The notes under the pieces were generated by a model, which saw only the letters and a program-made list of their open reading frames with translations, ran no database searches and was not told where the DNA came from. DNA of 64,000 nucleotides, taken from Azolla caroliniana (lineage: Eukaryota; Plantae; Polypodiophyta). Position 1 is the stretch's first letter; every line of letters begins with the position of its first letter. Where the stretch lies: the NCBI GenBank assembly GCA_043228905.1, contig JBHGNT010000003.1, forward strand, positions 6,696,001 to 6,760,000, given 5' to 3'. This document shows positions 11,606 through 23,907 of this stretch, piece by piece. Both the position numbers and the translations under genes were made by a program.

Positions 11606-14600
11606 TGTTGAAAAAAACCCGCTCGGCCACAACCGAAGAAAAGGATCAACTCTCAGAAAACGGGAAATGCAAAATGCACGAAGACAATAGAGAGAGAGGT
11701 ACACAGGATGTTTTACGTGGAAAACCCTAAATGGGAAAAACCACGGGAGTCCTCAAACTCCAACTGTCACTATAAACAGAGATGTACAATGGTGAAGCTA
11801 CAAGGCAACAACCTTGAGCTCACTATCTTCGCCACAGGCGGCGGCAATACACAGAGGCGTCGACCTCTTCCTTTCTCTCTCTCTCTCTCTCTCTCGGCTG
11901 CTCTCACTCCGCTCTCTCGACTAGAACATAAAATGAGCAACAACCAAAAAACTGTTTGCCCTAAGTCATATTTATACCCATATGACTTTCGGACTATTTA
12001 CACATATAGCCTCAAGGGCTCTTGGCAAACATATTTATAAATATGTCCCCGCATCCGGATCTCTCTCCGGGTACATTCATCATCCGGCTTCGTAGCCGGG
12101 TCTTCGTCATCCGGCTCCGTAACCGGGGTCTTCATCATCCGGATCCGTATCCGGGTACTCTTCATCCGGCTTCATACCGGGTATTCTTCATCATCCGGAG
12201 AGTGCGCTCACCGGTCCTGTATCTTCATCCGGTTCCGTAACCGTAACCGGGCTTGCCGTCATTCATCTCCGGACATCCCATCCGGAGGGACCGAAATCCC
12301 AACAAACTCCCCCTTCACTTCGGCATGGGATGTCTTTCCAGTCCGACCCTCTTCCGGCATGCTTCCAGCTTGTCGGGTGTGAGCACTTTGGTCAGCATAT
12401 CTGAGCCGTTCTCGTCCGTGTGGATCTTCGTCAGCACGAACTCCTGGTCTTCTATCCTTTCCCGGATCCAGTGATATCTTCGCTGGATGTGCTTAGTCCG
12501 GGAGTGATAGGCCGCGTTCTTCGCAAGGTGGATGGCACTCTGACTGTCACAGTAGAGTCGGTACTCCTCCTGCCGGATACCGAGCTCTCTAATGAAGTCC
12601 TTCATCCATATCATTTCCTTGCCGGCTTCAACAGCCGCCATGTACTCCGCCTCAGTGGTTGACAACGCCACCGTCTTCTGCAGCCTCGACTGCCACGAAA
12701 CAGCTCCCCCTGCATACGTCATCACATACCCTGATGTGGACCGGCTGGTATCTGCATCAGCCGACATATCCGAGTCGGTGAAGCCGTCAAGTTCGGGCTT
12801 ACCGGAGCCGAATCGGAGGCACATGTTTGCTGTGCCCTTCAGGTATCTGAGTATCCACTTGACCGCGTTCCAGTGCTCTTTGCCGGGATTGCTCATGTAC
12901 CGGCTCACCACTCCGACTGCATATCCTATGTCCGGTCGGGTACACACCATCGCGTACATCAAGCTCCCGACGGCAGAGGCATATGGTACTTTCATCATGT
13001 CCTCCTTCTCAGCCTTTGTCTTGGGACTTTGCTTGCCGGATAACTTGCAGTTTGTCGGGAGGGTTGATCCGACCGGTCTTGCTTCCGACATGTTGAACCG
13101 TTGAAGCACCTTTGTCACGTACTTCTCCTGTGACAACCACAACTGCTTCTTCTTCCGGTCTCGGATGATGTGCATCCCTAGTATTTGCCTCGCCGGACCC
13201 AGGTCTTTCATTGAGAAGGTTCGGTGAAGAGCCTTCTTCAGTATCCGTATCTTGGCCTGGTCCCGTCCGACGATCAACATGTCGTCCACGTACAGGAGGA
13301 GTATTAGAGAGTCTCCTCCGTCGAACTTCTTCACAAACACGCAGTGGTCGGACTGCGTTTTGTGGTACCCTTCATCGGTCATGAAGGAGTCAAACTTTCG
13401 GTACCATTGCCGGGGAGCCTGCTTCAGACCGTAAAGGCTCTTCTTCAACCGGCATACCAGGTGCTCCTTCCCTTTCTTCTCGAATCCTTCCGGTTGCTGC
13501 ATGTATATCTCTTCTTCGAGGTCACCGTGAAGGAATGCCGTCTTCACGTCCATCTGTTCTACCTCGAGGTCCATGCTTGCCGCTATGCTCAGCACCGTCC
13601 GGATGGAGGTCATCTTCACTACCGGGGCAAATATCTCGTCGAAGTCGACGCCCTTCTTCTGCTGAAACCCCTTCACCACGATCCTGGCTTTGTATCTCGG
13701 GGGGTTTTCGGCATCTCCCGGTTTCAGCTTGAACACCCACTTGTTTCGAAGTGCCCGCTTTCCTTTCGGCAACTCCACTAGTTCATATGTGTGGTTCTCA
13801 TGCAGGGAATCCATCTCGTCCTGCATGGCACTCAACCACCTGCGGCTCTGGGTGTCGTGCCTTGCTTCTTCAAAGCTCTCCGGCTCCCCTTCATCGGTTA
13901 GCAGCACGTGCTCTGGTTCCGGAAATCTCCGGGGGGCCCTTCTCTCTCTTAGAGGATATCTCCGTTCCGGAGCTTCGGTAACCGGTTCTTCCGATTCTTC
14001 TTCATCCGAATCCATTTCGGGATCGGGGCCGGTTCCGGTATCATTTTCATCTTCTTCGGCCGGTTCTGTTTCTTCACCGTCTTCGGCCGGATCCTCGAGT
14101 GCTAACCGGTCCCTTGCCGGTCGGGACTGCTCCTCGTAGAGTTGATTCTCACCGGTCGACTTGGAGCTCTTCATCTTCTTCTCCGACTCCCAGTCGGCGA
14201 GTGTCTTGTCCTCCATGAAGATGATATCACGACTCCTGAATATCTTCTTGTCGACCGGGTCCCATACTCGGTAGCCGAACTCGTCGTCGCCGTAACCGAG
14301 GAATATGCATGGACGGGTCTTTGGATCTAGCTTTCCTCTCCGGTCCTTTGCCACATGCGCATATGCGAGACACCCGAACACCTTCAGATGCCGGTAGGAT
14401 ACTTCCCTACCGGTCCACACTCTCTGCGGCGTGTCTCCGTCCAAAGGTACTGAGGGTGATCTATTTATCACATATGTCGCCGTCGACATTGCCTCAGCCC
14501 AAAATCCCTTGGGTAATTTCGCATGCGCCAGCATACTCCGGACCCTCTCCATTATGGTCCGGTTCATCCTCTCGGCCAGCCCGTTCAGTTCCGGCGTCTT

Positions 14601-17117
14601 CGGCACAGTAAACTCGAGCCAGATTCCCTTCGAGCGACAGTACTCCTGGAACTGCCCCCGGTATTCCCCTCCGTTATCCGCTCGTATCGCTTTCAGCTTC
14701 TTGCCGGATTCTCTTTCCACTCTCGCGTGGAGTTCTTTGAAGACGGACAACACTTGGTCCTTTGTCTTCAACGGCGCCGTCCACAGCTTCCGGCTGTGAT
14801 CATCAATGAAAGTCACGAAGTACTGGGCTCCGCCATGTGACTTCGTTTCTACCTGACACACATCAGTGTGCACCAACTCCAATGGTGCGCTACGTCTCGT
14901 CGGTGGCCTTGAGTGGAAGGAGGTTCGGTTCTGCTTACCGGCCAGGCAATCGGTGCACTTCTCCAGATGCACATGCTTCACTGGAATGAGGTTGTCTTCT
15001 GCAAGCCTCTTCATCCCCTTCTCACTCATGTGGCACAGTCTCTTGTGCCATAGCTCACCGGCAGTGTCAGCTGCCACGTTCAGCTCCTCCGGACATAGCC
15101 GGGAATTCATCAGGTACAGTGTGTTGATCTTCCGGGCCCGAGCCACTATCAGGCTCCCTTTGCTGAACTTCATGACACCGTTCCGGATGCTACCCGTGTA
15201 GCCTTCATCGTCTAGCCTCCCGGCCGAAATCAGGTTCAATCGAACCTCCGGAACGTGTCGTACATCTTTCAACAGCATCTTGCATCCGGTCGAGGTTGTC
15301 AACCACACGTCTCCTATGCCGGCAATCCGGCACGTACCTTCGTTTCCCATCCGGACACAGCCGTGCTCACCGGCTGTGTAGGATGAGAAGTATTTCTTCT
15401 CCGGGGTCAGGTGGAACGACGCTCCGGAATCGACCACCCAGGTCATCTCTTCTCCGGCAAGGTTCAGCTCCCTCTCTTCGGTAATGAGCATGATTTCTTC
15501 CTCACTTGCCGCGAGTGCCGTCGTTCCTTTCCGGTCCTGCCCTCGCCGATCCGGACCTCTCCGGTCCATGGCTCCCCGGTATGCACCGTTTCTCTCCGGT
15601 GACTTCTTCGAATCGGTGTCGTCGGCTCCGTTGTCTTTTCGGTAATGCCGACAATTCTTCCGGAAGTGCCCCGGCTTCCCACAGTGGAAGCATGTGGGCC
15701 TTCCTCTTGACTGCGACCGGGTCCCCGACTTCTCCCGTCTCTGCGGACTCCGGTTCCATTGTCTTCCCCGTTCCGATTCGGTAAGCAGCGCCTTCGAGTC
15801 GGAGGCCGGTTCTTTATCTCTCCGACGCGCTTCTTCGTTCAAAATGCTTGTCTTTACCGTTTGTAGAGACAAGTTATCTTCGGTGCAGGAGGTGCTGAGA
15901 GTCACCACCAAGTTCTCCCAGCTATCCGGCAATGTACACATCAGAATGATGGCTTGCATTGCATCCTCCAACGGGAACTTGATCGCCGCAAGCTGGTTCA
16001 CGAATCCCATGAACGTGCTTACGTGTTCCACCATACTCTCGCCGTCCCGGTACTTGAGATTTACTATCTTCCTCATCAGGGAGGTCCGGTTCAACGCATT
16101 CTTCCTCTCGTAGAGGCCCGACAGCTTCTTCCACATCTCGTATGCGTTGGTGTCGTTCGCCACGTGTTGTAGGACGCTTACATCGACATATTGTCGGATC
16201 GTTGCTACGGCTTTCCGGTTCAGAAGCCTCCACTCCGTCTCAAGTACCCCCTTGGGTATTTCCGACCTGTCGATCGGTTCATACAGGTCCCGAACAATGA
16301 GCAGGTCCTCCATCTTTATCTTCCAGTCGGCGTAGTTCTGCGCGTTCAGCACCATCATGCCCGGAGGCCCACTACCGCCGCCTTCCATTTTCTGTGTTAA
16401 CGTCGCTCTGATACCACTTGTTGAAAAAAACCCGCTCGGCCACAACCGAAGAAAAGGATCAACTCTCAGAAAACGGGAAATGCAAAATGCACGAAGACAA
16501 TAGAGAGAGAGGTACACAGGATGTTTTACGTGGAAAACCCTAAATGGGAAAAACCACGGGAGTCCTCAAACTCCAACTGTCACTATAAACAGAGATGTAC
16601 AATGGTGAAGCTACAAGGCAACAACCTTGAGCTCACTATCTTCGCCACAGGCGGCGGCAATACACAGAGGCGTCGACCTCTTCCTTTCTCTCTCTCTCTC
16701 TCTCTCTCGGCTGCTCTCACTCCGCTCTCTCGACTAGAACATAAAATGAGCAACAACCAAAAAACTGTTTGCCCTAAGTCATATTTATACCCATATGACT
16801 TTCGGACTATTTACACATATAGCCTCAAGGGCTCTTGGCAAACATATTTATAAATATGTCCCCGCATCCGGATCTCTCTCCGGGTACATTCATCATCCGG
16901 CTCCGTAGCCGGGTCTTCGTCATCCGGCTCCGTAACCGGGGTCTTCATCATCCGGATCCGTATCCGGGTACTCTTCATCCGGCTTCATACCGGGTATTCT
17001 TCATCATCCGGAGAGTGCGCTCACCGGTCCTGTATCTTCATCCGGTTCCGTAACCGTAACCGGGCTTGCCGTCATTCATCTCCGGACATCCCATCCGGAG
17101 GGACCGAAATCCCAACA
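11606..17117 (-). mobile_element. Ty1/copia LTR retrotransposon D, intact (Tnt1/Tork-like), 5512 bp
   Basis: 699-bp LTRs at 16419-17117 (5') and 11606-12304 (3'), one mismatch seen. TSD GTTCT at 11601-11605 and 17118-17122. iMet PBS 16405-16416. PPT just inside the 3' LTR at ~12307-12316. Confidence 0.97.
12315..16388 (-). CDS. Copia D gag-pol polyprotein (1357 aa), uninterrupted
   Basis: ATG 16388 (MEGGGSGPPG) just downstream of the PBS. CFHCGKPGHFRKNC, WVVDSGAS, integrase HHCC and D,D35E region, RT LLLYVDDML, RNase H DSDM...TEAEY...CDSQ...SDMLTK. Confidence 0.96.
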   Translation of the reverse strand: MEGGGSGPPGMMVLNAQNYADWKIKMEDLLIVRDLYEPIDRSEIPKGVLETEWRLLNRKAVATIRQYVDVSVLQHVANDTNAYEMWKKLSGLYERKNALNRTSLMRKIVNLKYRDGESMVEHVSTFMGFVNQLAAIKFPLEDAMQAIILMCTLPDSWENLVVTLSTSCTEDNLSLQTVKTSILNEEARRRDKEPASDSKALLTESERGRQWNRSPQRREKSGTRSQSRGRPTCFHCGKPGHFRKNCRHYRKDNGADDTDSKKSPERNGAYRGAMDRRGPDRRGQDRKGTTALAASEEEIMLITEERELNLAGEEMTWVVDSGASFHLTPEKKYFSSYTAGEHGCVRMGNEGTCRIAGIGDVWLTTSTGCKMLLKDVRHVPEVRLNLISAGRLDDEGYTGSIRNGVMKFSKGSLIVARARKINTLYLMNSRLCPEELNVAADTAGELWHKRLCHMSEKGMKRLAEDNLIPVKHVHLEKCTDCLAGKQNRTSFHSRPPTRRSAPLELVHTDVCQVETKSHGGAQYFVTFIDDHSRKLWTAPLKTKDQVLSVFKELHARVERESGKKLKAIRADNGGEYRGQFQEYCRSKGIWLEFTVPKTPELNGLAERMNRTIMERVRSMLAHAKLPKGFWAEAMSTATYVINRSPSVPLDGDTPQRVWTGREVSYRHLKVFGCLAYAHVAKDRRGKLDPKTRPCIFLGYGDDEFGYRVWDPVDKKIFRSRDIIFMEDKTLADWESEKKMKSSKSTGENQLYEEQSRPARDRLALEDPAEDGEETEPAEEDENDTGTGPDPEMDSDEEESEEPVTEAPERRYPLRERRAPRRFPEPEHVLLTDEGEPESFEEARHDTQSRRWLSAMQDEMDSLHENHTYELVELPKGKRALRNKWVFKLKPGDAENPPRYKARIVVKGFQQKKGVDFDEIFAPVVKMTSIRTVLSIAASMDLEVEQMDVKTAFLHGDLEEEIYMQQPEGFEKKGKEHLVCRLKKSLYGLKQAPRQWYRKFDSFMTDEGYHKTQSDHCVFVKKFDGGDSLILLLYVDDMLIVGRDQAKIRILKKALHRTFSMKDLGPARQILGMHIIRDRKKKQLWLSQEKYVTKVLQRFNMSEARPVGSTLPTNCKLSGKQSPKTKAEKEDMMKVPYASAVGSLMYAMVCTRPDIGYAVGVVSRYMSNPGKEHWNAVKWILRYLKGTANMCLRFGSGKPELDGFTDSDMSADADTSRSTSGYVMTYAGGAVSWQSRLQKTVALSTTEAEYMAAVEAGKEMIWMKDFIRELGIRQEEYRLYCDSQSAIHLAKNAAYHSRTKHIQRRYHWIRERIEDQEFVLTKIHTDENGSDMLTKVLTPDKLEACRKRVGLERHPMPK

Positions 17118-17122
17118 GTTCT

Positions 17123-20100
17123 ACCAAACGACCCGAATATACTATCAATCGAAAATCCAGTCGGATCAGAAGTTCTGCTCACGACTGAAGAATCGAGCAC
17201 ATGGCTCTTAGATTCGGGCGCGTCATTTCACGTGACTCCTCATCGATCCCAATTTCGGCAATATACGATCCGTCACTCCGACTCAGTTCGAGTCTGCAAC
17301 TCGCAACACTGTGACATCATTGGAATCGGCACAGTGGAGCTCAACCTTGCAGGTGGCTCTACACTTGTACTTCACAATGTCCGACATGTACCCGAGCTCT
17401 CAAGGCCATTGATCTCAGTCGGACAACTAGATGAAGACGGCATTCGTGCCGGTTTTTCTTCGGGAGGGTGGACACTCCACAGGGGGAACCTCCTGCTTGC
17501 TAGAGGACCCAAGATACACTCACTGTATCCGTTACATGTTACGCTCAGAGAGGGTAACCTGTTTTTGGTGGATATTCCTGTGTCATCACTATGGCACAGA
17601 AGATTAGGACACCTCAGCAAGGCCGGCATTACGCACCTATCTAGAGCCGGATACATCCCTAAACTCTCCTTCTCGGACCATCAATTCTGCAAACATTGCC
17701 AGTATGGCAAACAAGCAGCCGCATCACACCCGACATCAGCACCAAGAGAAACGAGACCTCTCGATTTAGTCCACTCGGACGTCTGTGGCCCAATGCCGCA
17801 TCAGTCTCTCGGCGGTGCCTCTTACTTCGTCAGTTTTATTGACGATTCGACTCGAAAGGTGTGGGCTTATCCAATTCGCACCAAAGATCGTGTCTTCTCG
17901 ATCTTCTCCGATTGGCTCGCTATGGTAGAAAATCAAACTGACCGAAAACTGAAATGCTTTCGGACCGACAATGGGGGAGAGTTCAAATCAGAAGAATTCG
18001 TCAAATTCTGCTGACAACGCGGCATCCGACGTGAATTTACGGCACCACACAGTCCGGAGCAAAACGGGATTGCAGAACGCATGAATCGGACAATCCAAGA
18101 ACGGATAGTTTCCATGCTCCAACACTCCGGACTGTCGGATGGCTTCTGGGCAGAGGCTCTACTCACGGCAGTACACATAATCAATATGTCGCCAAGCAGA
18201 CCTCTAGGACTTCAAATTCCTCAGGAACTATGGATCGGCAGTAAGCCGAATTACGACAAGCTGAGGATCTTCGGATGCGAGGCGTACGCCCTTATTCCGA
18301 AAGATGATCGCCGAAAACTTGCACCTCGGTCCAGGAAATGCATTTTCCTTGGATATGGATCAGACGGCGAAATGGGATACCGACTCTGGGACCCCGAACG
18401 TAGACAAATCGTTCGAAGTTCGGACGTTGTGTTCAACGAGTCGGCTATGAATCCATCAGTCGAAAAACCGATCGAAGTCCGAAGGGTAACATTTTCCGAT
18501 GTGCCGACCCTTCAAGAAGGCCCCGCTCTTAACACACGGTCAGCTTCACGGGTAGCTGAACCTTACACCACCGACTCGGACAACTCTGACTCGGCACAGC
18601 AAAATAATTCACTTTCGGACCATCCGATCTCGATACCCGATGCGACCAGTCCAATCATACCTCGACGATCCGAGAGACTGTCGCAACCTCCGGAGAGGTA
18701 TTCTCCTGGAATTTTCTTCACCGACGCCGGCGAACCGACGTCTTACGAAGAAGCATCGACATCTGTCGATTCAGCCACCTGGCATCTGGCGATGGAGTCG
18801 GAAATGCACTCCATTCGGGCAAACAAGACTTGGGATCTGGTCGAACTACCTAAGAATCGACGTGCTCTTCCTTGCAAGTGGGTTTATCGACTAAAAGAGA
18901 CGTCTGATTCGACCACCCCAAAGTACAAGGCCAGATTAGTTGCGAAGGGCTTCCGACAAGAATATGGCGTCGACTTCGACGAGATTTTTTCACCAGTGGT
19001 GAAAATGACAACCCTTCGTTTTCTACTCGGCGTAGTGGCAGCCGACAACTTGGAGCTGATTCAGCTAGATGTCAAAACAGCCTTCCTCCATGGTGATCTT
19101 GAAGAGGAAATTTATATGGAGCAGCCAAAAGGCTTCGTGGCAACTGGCCAAGAACATCTAGTCTGCCGACTCAGGAAGAGTCTATACGGCCTCAAATAGG
19201 CACCGCGACAATGGTACAAGAAGTTCGACGACTTCATCCAATCGATCGGCTTCTCAAAAAGCGATGAGGACCATTGTCTTTTTACCAACACAGCTCACGA
19301 TGGATCACCCATCTTCCTCATCATTTACGTGGACGACATGCTAATTTCTGGACGCCACGCGGGCGAACTTGCCGATCTCATTCGGCAACTGCGGTTGAAG
19401 TTTGCCATGAAGGACCTCGGTCCGGCACGACACATACTTGGCATGAAGATTAGTCGGCATCGCGATACACGACATCTTTTTTTGTCTCAGACCGACTATA
19501 TCGGACGTGTCTTGGAACGCTTCAACATGAAATCAGCCAAATCTGCTTCAACCCCGCTCCCCATGAATCTTCGGCTCTCTCAGCGAGACTGCCCGACATC
19601 CGGTCCGGAGGGGGAAGATATGAAGTCGGTACCGTATGCACCGGCAGTCGGCTCCCTTATGTACCTGATGATCGCGACACGGCCTGATATCTCTCATGTC
19701 GTAGGAGTCGTTAGCAGATTTATGCACAATCCTGGCCGATCGCATTGGAACGCAGTCAAGCATGTGTTCAAATATCTGGCTGGCACAAAAGATCACAGCA
19801 TTCTTTTCGGTCCGAACTCAACCTCAGGCGTAGTCGGTTACACCGACTCGGACTTCGCCGGCTGTATAGACAGTCAGAAATCAACAACCGGATACTGCTT
19901 CAAATTCGGCAATGGAGCAATTTCGTGGAAGTCGAAACTTCAGGAGTGCACAACGACCTCAACGACCGAAGCAGAATATGTAGCTGCGTCCGACGCTGCA
20001 AAAGAAGCTTTGTGGCTCGGCCAGCTGGCGCACACGTTTCGGCAAGTCGACCATGACTCGGCTCCAGTTGTCTATAGCGACAGTCAAGGTGCTGTTGCCT

Positions 20101-20309
20101 TGTCGAAAAATCCGGTTCACCACAACGCCTCCAAACATATCGACGTTCGATATCACTTCGTTCGGGACTGCGTCATTTCAGGGAAAATCGGTCTAGAGAA
20201 AATATCCACAACCGACAATGTCGCAGATGGAATGACCAAGTGTCTTTCGGCAGACCGCTTTCGGTCCCTTCGGCATCAGATGGGCGTAACGACAAACCAG
20301 TCCGGTTAG
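17123..20309 (+). pseudogene. Copia C protease-integrase-RT-RNase H (stops at 18012 and 19197)
   Basis: WLLDSGAS, LWHRRLGH, VHSDVCGP, YKARLVAKG, YVDDML and ADGMTK. One frame with two premature stops (TGA and TAG, probably from CGA and CAG). Confidence 0.93.
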
Positions 20310-20810
20310 AGCCGGACACAGCGCAGGATGGTTTCAGACAACCGACATCAGTTCCCTAATGATCGGCTTCAACTCTTCCGACCCGACCAGTCCGGTCTTC
20401 TGCCTTCGGACCCTGCCGACTCGAACAAAACTGATATGTCCGAGAACCTAGGTTTATACCTGTAATCTTAGATAACCCATGTATACGCCCATTACGGGGG
20501 AGTGTCGAATACAAGTGTATAATGGACGTATTCACACTATCCCTTTGTATAGATCAAGTTTGGGCCATTTGTGTAATTAGCATAAATGGTAGTTGCCCTA
20601 AGTCGGTCACTATATATAGTGACCTTGTAACCTTTTTGTAAGGTTGGTTGTATTATTGTTTCTATTGAATAGAAAGAGTCTTTTGTGCCTCCTCTCTCTC
20701 TCTCTCTCTATCTCTGTGCACGATCTTCGATTCTGTCATACGCAGGTATTCAAACTCGAATCGAATGCTTCTTGATCTTCCGCATTGACGGCCTTGTCTT
20801 CAACAGCTTT

Positions 20811-23800
20811 CGGGACCTCAAAGGGTTCATGGAAACGGAGACGGGACGAAAGATCAAGTGCCTGCGGTCGGATGGCGGGAAAGAGTACTTCTCCGGTCAA
20901 TTCAACGGTTATCTACAACAAATGGGAATTCGGCGCGAATTCAGTTGCAGATACACGCCGGAGCAGAACGGCGTGGCCGAGAGGAAGAATCGGTCAGTTG
21001 TGGAAGCGGCACGGGCAATGCTGGAGGAGAAGAGCTTGCCCAAGTTCTATTGGGCTGAGGCGGTAAGGACCGCGGTATACATCCAGAACCGGATCGGAGA
21101 CAAAGTGTGGGTGCACGAGCAATATTTCGAAACGAAGCCGAACTTACGACACTTGAGGGTGTTTGGTAGCATTGCGTATGTGCATATACCAAAGGAGAAA
21201 AGGAGGAAGCTGGATGCAAAGTCCGAGAAATGCATCTTGGTTGGTTACTCGGACGAGCAGAAGGGTTATAAGTGCTATAACCCTCGCACCAAACAAGCGC
21301 GTGTCAGCCGCGACGTTGTGTTTGACGAGTCCGCGTCCTGGTACCTGCCCCCGACTACGAACCTCGACTCCAATCCGAGCTTTGACGATGAGGTCAGCGA
21401 GGCCGAGATGCCTCCGGATGAGCCCGAAATCGAGACCCGCGAAGAGAGTCCGATTTCACTCCGGTTAAGTGGACCGATTGGACGACTGAGTCGGTACGAC
21501 CAGTCCGATGAAGAGCCGGCGAGTAGTGGAGACTTGGCTGTGCATTCCCCGCACAGGAAGCCGAGGAGACGGCTTACGCGCAAAGAGAAAGGGAAGAAGA
21601 AGGTGTCGGATTCCGGCACGGAAAGGAACGAGTCAGATCGACGCGAGTCTGACTCCGAGGGAACCGGTGACGGGTCTTTAAAGATGAAGACTGCGTTGAC
21701 CGAGAAGGCCTCGACATCGGCTAATACGAGATTACGCCGATCTACCCGCTAGAAGAATCCTGTTTTGCGGTTTGGATACAACGAGTACATGGCGCATCAT
21801 TATGCGTACATGACCCGTGTAGCGGAAGTGCGTGAGCCGGAGAGCTACGTAGAAGCGGCTAAAGACGCGAATTGGCGTGCCGCGATGGAGGAAGAGATGC
21901 ACGCATTGGTAGAGAACGAGACTTGGGACCTGGTTGACGCACCAAGAGGGGTAAAACCGATCGGGTGTAGGTGGGTGTACAAAGTCAAGTACAACACCGA
22001 TGGCTCGGTCAACTGGTACAAGGCTCGGCTAGTGGCAAAGGGCTATGCGCAGAAGCACGACATCGACTACGATGAGACATTTGCGCCGGTCGCGAAAATG
22101 ATGACCGTTCGTGTTTTGCTCGCAGTAGCCTCGGCCAAGGAGTGGCACCTACATCAAATGGATGTAAAGAATGCGTTCCTGCAAGGTGACCTTGAGGAAC
22201 AAGTGTACATGGTACAACCCCCCGGATTTCACTCCGGAACGAAATCCTCGGCAGTATGCCGACTGAAGAAGTCCCTTTACGGACTGAAGCAAGCCCCGCG
22301 TGCCTGGAACGCGAAGATCACGCAACAACTGCGTCGGATGGGCTTCGTCGCGTCAAAATCGGACTCCTCCCTGTTCATCCGGAAAGGTCGACTCGGACTG
22401 GTTAGTATTATACTATATGTCGATGACTTGGTCATCACCGGCGCCGACCTAGGCGAAATCGACCGTGTGAAGCTCCAGCTTGCGGCATCGTTCGACATGA
22501 AGGATCTGGGGGACCTTCATTACTTCCTCGGGATCGAAGTGATCCGTACCCCCGAAGGCATATTGATCAGCCAACGTCATTACGTGCTGAGTATGCTCTT
22601 CAAACTCGGGATGGCCGACTGTAAGCCCGTCTCGACTCCTCTGGACAGAACCATCAAGCTTCGTCCCGATACGGGAAAGGTATGCGACCCGACGAGGTTC
22701 CGACAAATTGTCGGAAGCCTCATATACTTGACCATCACCCGACCCAACCTCAGTTATCCGGTCGGGGTGATCAATCAGTTCATGGCGCGACCTACCGAGG
22801 AGCACCTTTAGTGTGCGCAACGCGTACTGCGGTACGTAAGTGGCACTAAGGACCGAGGACTGCTATATCGGACCGGTGCAACCGCGCAATTAGTCGGCTA
22901 CACCGATGTTGATTGGCCCGGCCACGCCGCCGATCGCCGATCCACGTCCGGATACGCGTTCTCCCTCGGGAGTGCCGCGATCGCGTGGAGCAGTAAGAAG
23001 CAGCCGACAATTGCACTGTCGAGCACCGAAACTGAGTACTGAGGAGCGGTTGTCGCGACATGCGAAGCCATATGGTTGAAGTGGCTACTTAAGGACCTGC
23101 AGGTGGAGGTGTCAGATCCGACGACGATCTACTGCGACAACCTCAGTAGCATCCAGCTCGCGAAGAACCCCGTTTTCCACGCACGGACCAAGCACATTGA
23201 GGTGCACTACCATTTCTTCTGTGAGCGTGTCCTTTCCGGTGAAGTCGAACTTCAGTACGTGCCGACGGATCGGCAGACTACCAACATCTTCACAAAGCCT
23301 CTTGGTCTGGACAAGTTGCGGCAATTCTCGGGTGCACTCGGGTTGCATCACCTCGACGTGCCAAACTTAAGGGGGAGAACAGTCCCGAACGACCAAGCAA
23401 GGCAACAGGAAAGGAGCGGACACCGCGACACCGAGTCCGAGTCGGTTGACTCAGTTGTCGAGTTCGACTTCGGATCGACTAAAGAAGTCGAGGGCGGACC
23501 CACGGAAAAGTCCGAAAGCGGACAGAAGGGGAGCAGCCGAAGAAGAGAGCCGAAGCCAACCACGCATGGGGGAGATGACGCAATCAAGGGCGAGAAGACC
23601 GAAGACGAGTTGGAGACAGCCAACTCGGACGATAGCGAAAACCGATAGGAAGTAGCCGAGTCGGTTCGGATGTTTGATTCAGACACGTTGAATCAACCGA
23701 GGCCCAAGCGGAAGAAAAGGCAGCAGAAGAAGTGTCGACACTGCAACAACATAAGAGTTGATACGGGCCACATGAGCAGACATTGCCGACCGGAAGGGTC

Positions 23801-23846
23801 GAAGCGCACAGAGTCGAACAGGTTGAGGAGCGCGAGCGAGGCGTGA
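20811..23846 (+). pseudogene. Copia B integrase C-part, RT, RNase H and C-terminal extension (stops at 21750, 22809, 23039, 23646)
   Basis: LRSDGGKEY, QNGVAER, YKARLVAKG, LYVDDL and NIFTK; the same frame continues to TGA 23844-23846. Confidence 0.92.
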
Positions 23847-23907
23847 AGCCAGGAGGAACTGGAGCTGTGAAGATCCCGAAGAGCCTCAAGTTGAGCTTGA
23901 GGGGGAG

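Larger units (their letters stand above)
8654..20805 (+). mobile_element. Ty1/copia LTR retrotransposon C inserted in the integrase of B
   Basis: 303-bp LTRs at 8654-8956 and 20503-20805 (one mismatch seen). TSD GCTTT at 8649-8653 and 20806-20810. iMet PBS 8959-8970. PPT GGGGGAG 20496-20502. Confidence 0.96.

Noticed and set aside
16389-16517. Extra 43 N-terminal codons of the 1400-aa track ORF
   Set aside because: They begin at a non-ATG codon inside the LTR and cross the PBS; the real start is ATG 16388.
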